This document shows, in pieces, positions 23,534 to 36,689 of a stretch of 64,000 bases of DNA. The stretch is from Mobula hypostoma (taxonomy: Eukaryota), in contig NC_086097.1 of NCBI RefSeq assembly GCF_963921235.1, positions 241,802,001-241,866,000 on the forward strand, in the 5' to 3' direction. The translations under genes were made by a program, and so were the position numbers. Below the pieces are notes generated by a model. The model was not told the origin of the DNA. It saw only the letters and a program-made list of their open reading frames with translations, and did not search any database. Position 1 is the first letter of the stretch. Each line of letters opens with the position of its first letter.

Positions 23534-23683
23534 CCACTGGCCAAATTCAGGAGTTCCTGCTTTTCAGACACACTTGACTTTTCTTCTAATTCCCACAGCA
23601 GAACATTAACGAGGTGAGAATTCTTGATAATAATGGGCACTTCTTCAAACATATTCTCTGAAGTAATGAGGGCTTTCTTTATT
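23534..23683 (-). CDS. EIF3H: EIF3H internal coding exon, 150 nt, equivalent to human exon 5
   Basis: (G)[49 protein letters not shown](G). Acceptor caactag, donor GG|GTAAGT. Phase matches the previous exon. Confidence 0.97.
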
Positions 23684-23934
23684 CTAGTTGATAGAGACAT
23701 ATGAGAATTAATAAGACTGGCAGTACTTCTGAACTTCTATATAAAGGTGATTTGTCAAACATCAACTGGAAAGCAACATCAAAATTACTTATTTTTATAT
23801 AGTAAATGGGTATAAAAAATGAGACACTTTGAAATAGATACCTCTATTTCAAAGTTTTTCAGGATTTCGGATATGCACATATTAATTAGGAACACAAGGA
23901 GGTCACTCAGGCCTTTGACTATTGAGCATTCAAC

Positions 23935-24436
23935 AAAACCATAAGACCATAAGATATAGGAGCAGAATTAGGCCATTCAGCCCATGAAATCTGCTCCGTC
24001 ATTTATTCATGGCTGATCAATTTTCCCTTTCAATCCCATTCTCTTTCCTTCTCCCTATAACCTTTCAGGCCCTGACTAAACAAGAACCCACAATACAACC
24101 CTCCTGAAGCAACAAATTCTGCAGATTCACCACCCTCTGGCATTCCTCGTCTCTGTTATAAGGGAATATCCCTCTATTCTGAGTCTGTACCCGCTGGTCC
24201 TAGACTCTCTCCACTATAAGATACATCCTCTCCACATCCACTCTATAAAAGCCTTTCAATATTCAAAAGGTTTTAATGAAATCGCCCTCATTCTTCTAAA
24301 TTCAAGGAAGTACAGGCCCAGAGCCATCAAACATTCCTTATATGATAACCCTTTCCATCCCAGAATCATTCACATGAACTCCTCTGAACCCTCTCCAGTG
24401 TTAGCACATCCTTTCTTCGATAAGGGCCCAAAGCTG
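23935..24436 (-). mobile_element. CR1 3' fragment
   Basis: (ACCATAAG)n tail and body matching the reverse complement of 25250-25797. Confidence 0.85.
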
Positions 24437-24819
24437 TGTCTTCTACCACCCATGCTAACCTTTCACCCTCCATAATCTCTTTACCCCACTAGTGTCAGGA
24501 AGGAGGTACAGAGGCATCAGGACGAGGACTGCCAGACTGAGTAACAGCTTCTTTCCTCCAGGTTGTGGGACCCTGCCACCACCTAGGTTTCATCACTTGG
24601 ACAGTGAGCTGTTTATTGTTTACCTGTGCTGCACACTTCACATGCACTTTGAAATATATTTTAATAACTCAGTCGTGGTAATATTATGTTTTATGTGCTG
24701 TGTATGAAAAAAGGCTGCAGGTGCACCATGGTTCACAGGAAAATTGTCTCATTTGGTTGTATAGTCAGATAATAATAAACTTAAACTTGAACTACTTATC
24801 GAAAATCCTATTGAACTCT

Positions 24820-25797
24820 TACGTTGTACATCAACAATTTGGATTATGGAATTAGCTTTGTGGCTAAGTCTGCTGATGATACAAAGATAGGTGGAGGGGC
24901 CGGTAGTGCTGAGGAAACAGAGAGTCTGCAGAGAGACTTGGATAGATTGGAAGAATGGGCAAAGAAATGGCAAATGAAATACAATGTTGGAAAATGTATG
25001 GTTATGCACTTCGGTAGAAGAAATAAACAGGCAGACTATTATTTAAATGGGGAGAGAATTCAAAGTTCTGAGATGCAACGGGACTTGGGAGTCCTCCTGC
25101 AGGATACCCTTAAGGTTAACCTCCAGGTTGAGTCAGTGGTGAAGAAGGCAAATACAATGTTGGCATTCATTTCTAGAGGAATAGAGTTTCGGAGCAGGGA
25201 TGTGATGTTGAGGCTCTATAAGGCACTGGTAAGACCTCACATGGAGAACTGTGTGCAGTTCTGGGCTCCTTATTTAAGAAAGGATGTGGTGACGTTGGAG
25301 AGGGTTCAGAGAAGATTCACTAGAATGATTCTGGGGATGAGAGGGTTAACATATGAGGAACGTTTGTCCACTCTTGGACTATACTCCTTGGAGTTTAGAA
25401 GAATGAGGGGAGACCTCATAGAAACATTTCGAATATTGAAAGGCATGGACAGGGGATGTGGCAAAGTTGTTTCCCATGATGGGGGAGTCTAGTACAAGAG
25501 GGCATGACTTGAGGATTGAAGGGCGCCCATTCAGAACAGAGGTGCGAAGAAATTTTTTTTAGCCAGAGGGTGGTGAATCTGTGGAATTTGTTGCCACGGG
25601 CAGCAGTGGAGGCCAAGTCATTGGGTGTATTTAGGGAAGAGATTGATAGGTATCTGAGTAGCCAGGGCATCAAAGGTTATGGTGAGAAGGCGGGGGAGTG
25701 GGACTAAATGGGAGAATGGATCAGCTCATGATAAAATGGCGGAGCAGACTCGATGGGACAAATGGCCGACTTCTGCTCCTTTGACTTATGGTCTTAA
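24820..25797 (+). mobile_element. CR1 LINE 3' fragment (RT C-terminus)
   Basis: KSADDTKIGG..LQRDLDRLEEWAKKWQMKYNVGKC..LYKALVRPH..FFSQRVVNLWN. Confidence 0.93.
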
Positions 25798-26349
25798 GGG
25801 ACAGTTCTTGTTGTCACGTTACAGGAAAGAAGTGGAGTCTGGTTTCCACTGTTATCAGCCTTGTACAATGAGGTGGACTCCTGGCATCATAATCTACCAC
25901 ACTGTGATCTTGCACTTCATTGTTTATTGCATTGCATTCTTTCGGTAGCTTTTAAACGTTATTCTACATAGCTACCATTTTAACTTATTCTGACCCCATG
26001 CACACTATGGAAGAGAAGTGTTTCATTATATCTCTGTATACGTGACAATTACAAACCAATATTAGTATTTTAGAAAGCGTGCAGAAAGGATTCAACAGAA
26101 CCTCTTTTGGCGCTGGTGACACTTGCAGGCTCCCTTAGCATGATCCTCACTAATTTGATTTGTCTCAAACGATGCATTTCACTGTAAGTTTCAATGTACA
26201 TTTGATGAGTAAAGCTAATTATCTTTATCATGACCCAAAATTCCATCATCAGGGACCCCTAACACCCAGGCCATGCTCTCTTCGCGCCACTGTCATCACG
26301 AAGGTGGTACAGGACCCTCAGCACTCACACCTCCAGGTTCAGGAATAGT

Positions 26350-26830
26350 TGTCCTGTCCAAGACCGGAAGAAGCTGCAGAAGATCGTGAACACAGCCCAG
26401 CACATCACACAAACCAATCTTCCATCTTTGGACTCACTTTACACTGCACGCTGTCAGAGCAGTGCTGCCAGGATATTCAAGGACACGACCCACCCAGCCA
26501 ACACACTTTTTGTCCCTCTTCCCTCCGGGAGAAGGCTCAGGAGCTTGAAGACTCATACGGCCAGATTTGGGAACAGCTTCTTTCCAACTGTGATAAGACT
26601 GCTGAACAGATCCTGACCCGGATCTGGGCCGTAGCCTCCAAATATCCGGACCTGCCTCTCGTTTTTTTTTGCACTACCTTACTTTCCATTTTCTATTTAT
26701 GATTTATAATTTAAGTTTTTAATATTTACTATTGATTTGTACTCCAGGGAATGGGAAGCACAGAATCAAATATCGCTGTGATGATTGTACCCTCTAGTAT
26801 CAATTGTTTGGCGACAATAAAGTATAAAGT
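26350..26830 (+). mobile_element. Rex1/Babar-like 3' end nested in an older related fragment
   Basis: HPANTLFVPLPSGRRLRSLKTHTARFGNSFFPTVIRLLN. The host sequence ggttcaggaatagtt|ttattacccc is split by it. Confidence 0.8.
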
Positions 26831-27684
26831 TATTACCCCACAACAATCAGGCTCTTAAACCAGTGGGAATAACTTCACTTATCCCCACAAACTATGGACT
26901 CACTTTCAAGGACTCTTCATTTCATGTTCTTTATATTTATTGCTTATTTATTATTATTACTTTTCTCATATTTGCACAGTTTGTTGTCTTTTGCACACTG
27001 GCTGTTCGTCCGTCCTGTTGGGCGCTGTTTTTTATTGATTCTATTGTGGTTTTGGATTTACTGTGCATGCCCGCAAGAAATCAAACCTCAGGGTTGTAAA
27101 TGGCAACAAAAATGTACTTTAGTAATAACTGTTCTTTTGTTGTACTCTATGTAATCTGGGATAGAGCTCCCTGGATTACAAAGTAGAGAAGGTGATGAAA
27201 GAAAAAAAGCATGGCACGCATGAGGTGCACAATTCCAAAGAGCCTGGCTAAATAAAAATAAACGAGAGGGAAGTGAAGAAGAAAATAAGACAAATAAGAA
27301 ACAGTATTTGAAGAGAAAAGCACTTAATATAAAAAGGAATTCAAAAGGGTTTGATAGACAAGTAAATTAGTGCTTAGTGAGAAGCGATAAGTCTAACTTG
27401 GGATAAAGTTCAAAGTAAATATATTATCAAAATACATATATGTCACCATTGAGGTCCATTTTCTTTCAGGCATTCACAGTAACACAAATACAACAGAATC
27501 AATGAAAAACTACACACAAGGACTGGCATAAAGCAAAAGGTGGCGGATCAAAAGTATGTTTCTTAAAGTGAAATTACAGTCTGCAGAATGCAGTTCAGAA
27601 GGTGTATATCTAATAATTTTGTGAGTTGCCCACAAAACACTTACATATATCGCCATCGCTATCTTGAGATGACAGTAGCAGAAG

Positions 27685-28015
27685 GTATAGATGAAATACT
27701 ACATCTTGGGCAAGATGTAGCACCTATTCAGCTACCCCTTCCATCCCCGATCAGGGTCACGTGAAGTCAAGGAAGTAGGTAATGGAATGTCGTATGAGTA
27801 GCTCGTGCATATCACAAGCCCTGGTTATGTGACCACTGATGCTAGACAGACAATCTCTTAAGAGTATTGGTAATGGTTGGGGTTACCCATCTTGTAAAGA
27901 CACTGTCCAGTAGAAGGCAATGGCAAATAACTTCTGTAGAAAAACTTGCCAAGAACAATCGTGGCCATAGAAAGGCCAGGCTCGCCTACATCACACTACG
28001 TGGCACATAATGAAC
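27685..28015 (+). mobile_element. SINE with RTE/BovB-like 3' tail (family C)
   Basis: gaaggcaatggcaaa..cttctgtagaaaa..ttgccaagaacaatc; copies at 44753-45050 and 55312-55697. Confidence 0.75.
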
Positions 28016-28439
28016 AAACGACTCTGGGTTACTGAGGGGAGGATAGGGGCAGTATGTGCATCTATTTTTAACTGCACCAGGTGCCAGAGGAATGGAAAAT
28101 GGCATATGCAACACCTTTATTCAAAAGTGGAAGCAAAGGCACTGCCAGACAACTATAGCTGTAGGCAATTTTTTTTAAAAAACACAAAAATCAAGGAAAA
28201 CATTAAGAAAGTGGAAAAGACCAAATTAATAAAGAGTGAGCATAGATATGTTCATTTAAAATTGTTCTTGAGAAAGTAGATTGAATCCTTAATATGGTAA
28301 CATAGGAGGCTGATGTAAGAAGCCAATGAATGCAATGCAATGGATGTTGTTAACAGATTTTTTTAATATTTGATAAAATCCAACGCAAAAAGGGAAGTGT
28401 GGGCAAAAAATATAAATAGAGATGTAGATTGTGCTAATG

Positions 28440-28935
28440 TAGTAACAGGGAAACACAGACAACTGATGTAGATGTAGAATCATGGAATGCAGCAGGACCA
28501 CACCCAAGTTTCAGGACCTCACTAATTATGTTATAGTGTGCACCCATTACTGTAATAGACATCTGTATAAAGTAGAAACATGAAATACACGATGACCACA
28601 CCCAAGTTTCAAGAACCTCATTATTTATGTTAGAGTGTGCACCCATTATCGTAATAGAAAATAGGATTAACTGGACTAATAGAATGCAGCAGTGGTGACA
28701 CACAAGTTTCAGAAACCTCACTTCTATGGCATGCATCCAGTTGTAATACAAAATTAGATTAAGTAGAAACATAGAATGCAGTAGTAACGACATCCAAGTT
28801 TCAGGAACTTCACTAATTATGTTATAGAAATTTGGATTTGCTGTTAAAAACTTGTTGATAATCATTTATCGCCCACTAATTATGTTATAGAAATCGGATT
28901 TGCTATTAAAAACTTGTTGATAATCATTTATCACC
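28440..28935. repeat. Degenerate ~95-105 bp tandem array (about 4 units) followed by a ~63-bp tandem duplication
   Basis: Recurrent tagaa.catggaatgcagc..cacccaagtttcagga.cctcactaattatg. 28811-28873 is repeated at 28874-28935. Confidence 0.85.
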
Positions 28936-29104
28936 CATTATTTTCAATACCAACTCCATGTGGCCTTTCAATCAGCTCCCACAATCAGTAATATTGACGC
29001 CTATGGACTTAAAGGTCAGCAGCATCAAGGTTTGCAAGCTGGCTTAAAGAGCACGGAACCAAACAGTGTAGTCTCCAAGGTCAATGAGAGAAAGAACTTA
29101 AGAC

Positions 29105-29550
29105 ACGGGTTAACATATAAGGAATGTTTGATTGCTCTGAACTTATACTTGTTGGAGTCTAGAAGAATGAGGAGGAATTTCACTGAAACCTATAGAATAT
29201 TGAAAGGCCTCAATAGACTGGAGGTGGAAAGGATGTTTCCAATAGTGGGAGAGTTTAATCAGAGGGCACAGCCTCAGAGTATAAGGGTGTCCCTTTAGAA
29301 CAGAGATGAGAAGGAATTTCATTTACCAGAAGTTGGTGAACCTGTGGAATTCATTGCCACGAATGACTGTGAAGCCCAAATCATTGGATACATTTAAAGT
29401 GTTGATAGGTCTTGATTAGTAAGGATGTCAAAGTACGAGGAAAAGGCAAGAGAATGGAGCTGAAAGGGTAAATAAGTCAGCCACGGTGGAATGGTGGAGC
29501 AGACTTAATGGGCCAAAAGGCCTAATTCGGCTCCTATATCATATGGCATT
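29105..29550 (+). mobile_element. CR1 3' fragment
   Basis: GLTYKECLIALNLYLLESRRMRRNFTETYRILKGL plus CR1 tail. Confidence 0.85.
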
Positions 29551-30694
29551 ATAGCTTGGGATAATTTTTCCAAATTTATGATGACACAAAACCTGCAAGG
29601 TAAGACAGCAAGACTGACAGACTGACTGAACAGACAGATGAAATGTAAAGCAGAATTGTGTTAAGAAATGCAATCTGGCAGAAAGAATACACAGAGACAA
29701 TTAAGAATGTATGGCATGATACAGAGGTGTACATGGGAGACAGAGAGGCTTGAGTGCATCTTTGAAAGTGGCAGAACTTGGTGAGAGATCAGTTACTAAA
29801 ACTTAAGGAGAATGGTGATTTATCTTTGACAAACCTCTATTGATGCACAGTGGTTGCATCACAGCCTGGAAGCCCAAGAACAGAAAAAGCCTACAAAACT
29901 TAGTGGATACAGCTCAGTCCATCACGAGCAAAGTGTTCCCCACTCACTGAGGATATTTACAAGGAGTGCTGTCACAAGACAGCAGCATCCATCATCAAGA
30001 ACCCCCATTATCCAGGCCATGCTCTCGTCCTATTACAATCATCAGGCAGAAAGTACAGGAGCCTTAGATTCCACACCACCAGGTTCAAGAACTTTCGTTA
30101 TCTCAAACCATCAGCGTTCTGTGCCAGTGTGGATGATTTCACTCACCTCAAACCTGAACTGACTCCACAACTTATAGACACACTTCCAAGTAATCTACAA
30201 ATTTAGTACAGTATTATTTATTAACTTTTTGTAGAGCAGACTCAATCAGCCTAATAGTCTATTTCTGCTCCTCTCTTATGGACTTCTTTTGCAGATTGGT
30301 TGTTTGCCTGTCTTTGTTATTTATAAATGTTCATAAATTCTGCTGCATTTCTTTATTTTCCAATCAATACCAGCAAGAAAATAAATGCCGAGGCAGTATA
30401 TTGTCACATATACATACTTAGATAATAAATTTACTTTGAATCTTTGGATTTTGAACTATAGAGAAAAGAGTTTGGAAGGAGAAAAGTTTGACCAGTGCAG
30501 CAAGAGCTGGACCAAAAGAAATGTCAAGAGATTTGAGAAAAGTGTACAAGATCGTCATTTATACCAATTAATGGACAGAAGCCTGATCATCTGCTGATGA
30601 TTTCAAGGACAAGGGTACAGATTTAAAATTCTGACAAAAGAGAAATAAGATAATTTAAAAAAAAAACATTTATGTCATTCCACTGTTCAAAAAA

Positions 30695-33278
30695 GATGTA
30701 GGTAAAAGGCAGTAATCTATAGGCCAGTTAGTTTAACATCTGCAGATGGGAAAATGTTTGAAGCTATCATTAAAGAAGAAATAGCAAGGCATCTGAAAAG
30801 AAATGGATCCATCAGGCAGGCGCAACATGGATTCAGCAAAGGCAGGTCTGGTTCGACAAACTTACTAGAGTTCTTGGAGGATATAACGAGCACAGTGGAT
30901 AGAGGGGAACAGATAGATGTCATTTGCTTGGATTTCCAGAAAGCGTTTGATAAGGTGCCACATAAAATACTTATCCATAAGATAAGGATGCATAGAGTTG
31001 GGGGTGATGTAATAGCATGGATAGAGGATTGGTTGACCAACAGAAAGCAGAGTGTAGGGATACATGGGTGTTTCTCTGGTTGGCAATCAGTAGTGAACGG
31101 CGTGCCACAGGGGTCAGTGCTGGGCCCGCAACTGTTCACCATATATATAGATCTGGAAAAGGAAACAGAATATAGAAACATAGAAACATAGAAAATAGGT
31201 GCAGGAGTAGGCCATTCGGCCCTTCGAGCCTGCACCGCCATTTATTATGATCATGGCTGATCATCCAACTCAGAACCCAGCCTTCCCTCCATACCCCCTG
31301 ACCCCTGTAGCCACAAGGGCCATATCTAACTTCCTTTTAAACATAGCTAATGAACTGGCCTCAACAGTTTGCTGTGGCAGAGAATTCCACAGATTCACCA
31401 CTCTCTGTGTGAAGAAGTTTTTCCTAACCTCGGTCCTAAAAGGCTTCCCCTCTATCCTCAAACTGTGACCCCTCGTTCTAGACCTCCCCAACATCGGGAA
31501 CAATCTTCCTGCATCTAGCCTGTCCAATCCCTTTAGGATCTTATACGTTTCAATCAGATCCCCCCTCAATCTTCTAAATTCCAACGAGTACAAGCCCAGT
31601 TCATCCAGTCTTTCTTCATATGAAAGACCTGCCATCCCAGGAATCAATCTGGTGAACCTTCTTTGTACTCCCTCTATGGCAAAGATGTCTTTCCTCAGAT
31701 TAGGGGACCAAAACTGCACACAATACTCCAGGTGTGGTCTCACCAAGGCCTTGTACAACTGCAGTAGTACCTCCCTGCTCCTGTACTCGAATCCTCTCGC
31801 TATAAATGCCAGCATACCGTTCGCCTTTTTCACCGCCTGCTGTACCTGCATGCCCACTTTCAATGACTGGTGTATAATGACACCCAGGTCTCGTTGCACC
31901 TCCCCTTTTCCTAATCGGCCACCATTCAGATAATAATCTGTTTTCCTATTTTTGCCACCAAAGTGGATAACTTCACATTTATCCACATTAAATTGCATCT
32001 GCCATGAGTTTGCCCACTCACCCAACCTATCCAAGTCACCCTGCATCCTCTTAGCATCCTCCTCACTGCTAACACTGCCACCCAGCTTCGTGTCATCCGC
32101 AAACTTGGAGATGCTGCATTTAATTCCCTCATCCAAGTCATTAATATATATTGTAAACAACTGGGGTCCCAGCACTGAGCCTTGCGGTACCCCACTAGTC
32201 ACCGCCTGCCATTCTGAAAAGGTCCCGTTTATTCCCACTCTTTGCTTCCTGTCTGCTAACCAATTCTCCACCCACACCAATACCTTACCCCCAATACCGT
32301 GTGCTTTAAGTTTGCACACTAATCTCCTATGTGGGACCTTGTCAAAAGCCTTTTGAAAATCCAAATATACCACATCCACTGGTTCTCCCCTATCCACTCT
32401 ACTAGTTACATCCTCAAAAAATTCTATGAGATTCGTCAGACATGATTTTCCTTTCACAAATCCATGCTGACTTTGTCCGATCATTTCACCGCTTTCCAAA
32501 TGTGCTGTTATCACATCCTTGATAACTGACTCCAGCAGTTTCCCCACCACCGACGTTAGGCTAACCGGCCTATACTGTATCTAAGTTTGCTGATGATGCT
32601 AAATTGAGTGGAAAAGCAAATTGTGCAGAGGATATGGAGAGTCTGCAGAGAGATATAGATAGGTTAAGTGAGAGGCCAAGGGTCTGGCAGATGGACTACA
32701 GTGTCCGTAAATGTGAGGTCATCCACTTTGGAAGGGAAAATGGGTGCAGCTTTTGAGGAAGGATATACTGGTTTTGGAGGCAGTGCAGAGGAGGTTCACA
32801 AGGTTGATTCCAGAGATGAGGGGATTAGACTATAAGGAGAGATTGAGTTGTCTAGGACTGTACTGACTGGAATTCAGAAAGATTAAAGGAGATCTTATAG
32901 AAACATATAAAATTATGAAAGGGATAGATAAGATAGAGGCAGGAAAGTTGCTTCCACTGGTAGGTGAGACTAGAACTAGGGAACATAGCCTCAAGATTCG
33001 AAGGATTAAATTTAGGATGGAGATGAGGAGGAATTGCTTCTCCCAGAGAGTGGTGAATCTGTGGAATTCTCTACCCAATGAAGCAGTGGAGGCTACCTCA
33101 GTAAATATATTTAAGACAAGGTTGGATAGATTTTTGCATAGTAGGGGAATTGAGGGTTATGGAGAAAAGGCAGGTAGGTGGTGATGAGTCCATGGTCAGA
33201 TCAGCCATGATCTTATTGAATGGCAGAGCAGGCTCGACAGGCTAGATGGCCTACTCCTGCTCCTATTTCTTATGTTCT
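30695..33278 (+). mobile_element. CR1 LINE (host), split at 31174/32571 by a younger antisense CR1
   Basis: [34 protein letters not shown]| resumes |TVSKFADD..FSQRVVNLWNSLP. Confidence 0.92.
31175..32570 (-). mobile_element. Young 5'-truncated CR1 LINE with uninterrupted RT ORF
   Basis: 426-aa stop-free ORF at 31270-32550 with [30 protein letters not shown]. (TTTCTATG)n tail. TATA at both junctions. Confidence 0.96.
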
Positions 33279-34453
33279 TCTATGATCTAAAATTTGCTTC
33301 CTGTGGTGGTTCCGGATTCAGAATCTTTGCCTACAAACAGGAATTGGAAGGGGCTTGAGAGAAAGTAGTTTGTTCCACTGAAAGCTGACATAAGAATGGT
33401 GGTGGTAGATGTGAGTTTAATTATAACTTTTTTTTTAGAGAAGTTTGGATAAGTACATGGACCATGCCGATGGACTGGGTGCAGATAGCTTCGACTAGGC
33501 TGAAGACCAAGCTTGCACAGAGCTGATGGACCGGTGCCTGATTCTGTGCTGTAATGTTCTATGACTCTATAATTACGGGCCGAGTGGCCTCCTGTGCAAT
33601 AGCAGTTCTAACTAGTGGCACTACCAATGTTCAAACACCAGAGGTCCTGTGAGAGCTAGAAAACTATCAGAGTTCTCTCCATTGACAGAAATAAACACTA
33701 ACCTGTACAAACTTTGGTCTGGTCAGACAAACTCATGCATAAATTTCAGTAACAATTCTGAATAAAACCTTTTAACTTCCAGTTTGTGTCTACAACACGA
33801 TCATAGACTATATCTGTAGTTTCAGGACCCCAGCAGTAGAAATAATCTTATCGTGTATCCGCTCAATCTTCCTTCTCAAGGAGAGATCCAATTTAATGCT
33901 CATAATTGCAACCTCTCATTCATGTCATCATTCTACTAAGAGCTCTGATAGCCCCAGTCCATGGTTTTGAGCTCCATTCAATCATATACGCCTTTTACTC
34001 AGACAATACTCCAATTAGCATCTTGTGTAAACGCAATACTGTTCCCTTGTTTTTACTTTCAAATTGTTTCAGTCACGGGACTCCATTCTATTTAATACCA
34101 TGCCCTTTCTTCAAGTCTCTTGAACTGTAATTTGACAAATGCTGTATGAAATTTAAAAATAACTTATTTTCTCTTTACCAATATATTTAGGATTCCTTTT
34201 CAAATCAATTCAATTCATAAGGAAAGTATGCTGTTTAGAAAACTACATAGAATAAATCTCACTGCAGGAATTATTAACTACTTTGACCCTTTTTTGTAAG
34301 CTTTCTAATTAAATTGCCTCAATATTATTAAAGGTTTGACAACCACACTGGGCCATCTGATTAAATGTTTATCCCAAGTCCATATCCAAAAATGCATTAT
34401 GAAATATAAATTATAGAAATTAAAATTCAAAGTAAATTTATTACATATATGTA

Positions 34454-34965
34454 CAGTACTGTGCAGAGGTCTGAGACCCATATGACTAGGGTGCCTAAAA
34501 CCTTTACACGGTACTGTATTTGTCAACGTGCAGCAGAGCAAATTTGTAAATCTGGTGGGAGAAAAAGATGTTAGGAATGGTGAGGATGGAGTGTTGTGGG
34601 AGGGGGGTGGGCCTGGTAGAAGAGGAGTGCCGGGGTGGGTATAGCCACACTTACCCGAGACACCAGCAATGTCATTTGATTCAAAACAATTGCTTTTTTG
34701 ATCACAACAGAATGACTCTCTGCTGCTTCCCGCTCCTTCCACTACCCCTTTCCCTTTTCCCAAATATGATTTCCCGCTTCCTGCACCCTCAGACCACATT
34801 AGAGACCCATATCAGAATCAGGTTTATCATCACTCACATATGTCATAAACTTTGTTTTCATTTGAGGAAGCAGTACAGTACAATACATAAAATTACTACA
34901 GTTCTGTGCAAAAGTCTTAGGCACCCTAGCTGTATATATGTGCCTAAGATTTTTGCACAGTACTG
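34454..34965. mobile_element. Composite unit bounded by two tiny Tc1/mariner-type MITEs (34454-34516 and 34899-34965)
   Basis: Each MITE reads TA-CAGT(A/T)CTGTGCA...T(G/A)CAC(A/G)GTACTG-TA. Confidence 0.75.
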
Positions 34966-35089
34966 TACATGTCATTTAATTGCAGGCATTCACTGTAGAG
35001 AAATACAGTAGAATCAGTGAAAATCTATACACAAAGACTGACAACCAATGTGCAATAGAAGACAAACTGTGCAAATAAAATGGCTACTT

Positions 35090-35478
35090 AACTGCTTCCC
35101 TCTCTCAACGCATCTCATCGCCTGCCCATCACCTCCCTCTGGTGCTCCTCCTCCTTCCTTTCTTCCATAGTCTTCTACCCTCTCCTATGAGATGCCCTCT
35201 TCTCCAGCCTTTCCTCTCTTTCAACTTCCCCGCTATTTATTTAACCCCCCCTCCCACTTTTCCAGTTTCACCTATCAACTGCCACCTTGTACTTCTTCCT
35301 CCCCTCCCCCAACCTTCTTACTCTGACATAACCTTTTTCCCCAGTTCGGATGAAGGGTCTTGGCCTGAACATCGACTGTTTATTCTTTTCCATAACTGCT
35401 GCCTGACCTGCTGTGTTCCTCCAGCATTTTGTGTGTGTTGCTTTGGATTTCCAGCATCTGCAGATTTTCTCCAGTTTG
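35090..35478 (+). mobile_element. PLE terminal fragment with decayed hammerhead
   Basis: Pyrimidine-rich tract, cagttcggatgaagggtcttggcctgaacatcgactg, then PLE tail. Confidence 0.8.
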
Positions 35479-36689
35479 TATCATTTGATATAATGTATAC
35501 CACTTTAGTCATGCAAACTCCACTTGCTATACTGTTTGATAATAGCACCTTGATTCTCGTAGGATGCCAGCAAATTAATTCTGCCAATTTCCATTCCTCT
35601 AGTTTCTCTCATTCTTGTTGAGAAGCATTTTGTTCTCAATGCGTGTCAAAATTTGTTGCAATGTGACAATATTCTACGTGAATTTTACTTTCTTATTTAC
35701 ATATGGATAATGATACACATTTCTACAAACAAGTACTATTGTTGACCTTGACATCCATCAAAATGAGTTTTGGCTAAGTTCAAGCAAATCAGGATTACTT
35801 TAAGTAATGTCTTTCATAAAGACAAAAACATTACAAAGGCACGGGAATAAAAGAAGGCAGAGCTGCATTTATATGCTGCCTTTTTTAATTGTGTGAAATA
35901 TTTTATTAGAAGATGATCACTATTATACTGCAGGAAATGGACAACTAGTTTGCATAAAATTTCTGAAAACACTCAAGAGATAATGATCAGAATAACTGTC
36001 TCAGTAAAGTCGATTAACAGAAAATTATTGGGAAAGTCAGTCCTCAACTTGTACATATTAGTGCTTTGACAGTGCAGCAATACCCAGTACTGTAATTAAG
36101 CTACAATCTTGACTTTTTTTGCTTAAACCTAGAGTGGGACTTGAACCCTGTGCAAAACTAAAATTACATGACTAACACCAGAAAAAAGATGGCATATCCT
36201 TCCATAACAAACTGAACAGCGGTGATCCAGTTCTTTGAAAGACACAGAGGTGACTTGGCTTCAGCCTTTTTAAATTATAAATGGCCTCAGCAGGGCAGCT
36301 ATTATGTTTCTTTGTGTCAAAGTGTTCAGTTCTAAGAGACAATCACTAATCAATCCAATAAATCAGTTGCAGAAAAATGTCTTCACTCAACAAAATAAAT
36401 GGGACAGAGTTCCACATGAAGTGCTTGAGGTAATTAGCATGAGTGCATTGAAGGAGAAGTTGGACACATAAATTAAGGAGGTAGGAGTACAGAACAAGCC
36501 ATTTGTGTGTAAAAGTGCAAAGAACAAGCAAAAGCAGCAAAGTAGATGTATTGAAACAGTAACACAAAATGCAGGGAATACTCAGCAAGCAGAAAAACCA
36601 GCAAGCAGTGGAGAGAGAGAGAAACAGTTCATGCTTCAAACTGATGGCATTCCATCAGAACTGGAAAGAGTTGGAAAATACCATAGGAA

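Noticed and set aside
28440..28935. CRISPR array
   Set aside because: Eukaryotic context; whole units repeat and there are no unique spacers
31270..32550. 426-aa ORF as a host gene or autonomous element
   Set aside because: 5'-truncated CR1 RT with no endonuclease, ORF1 or true ATG start
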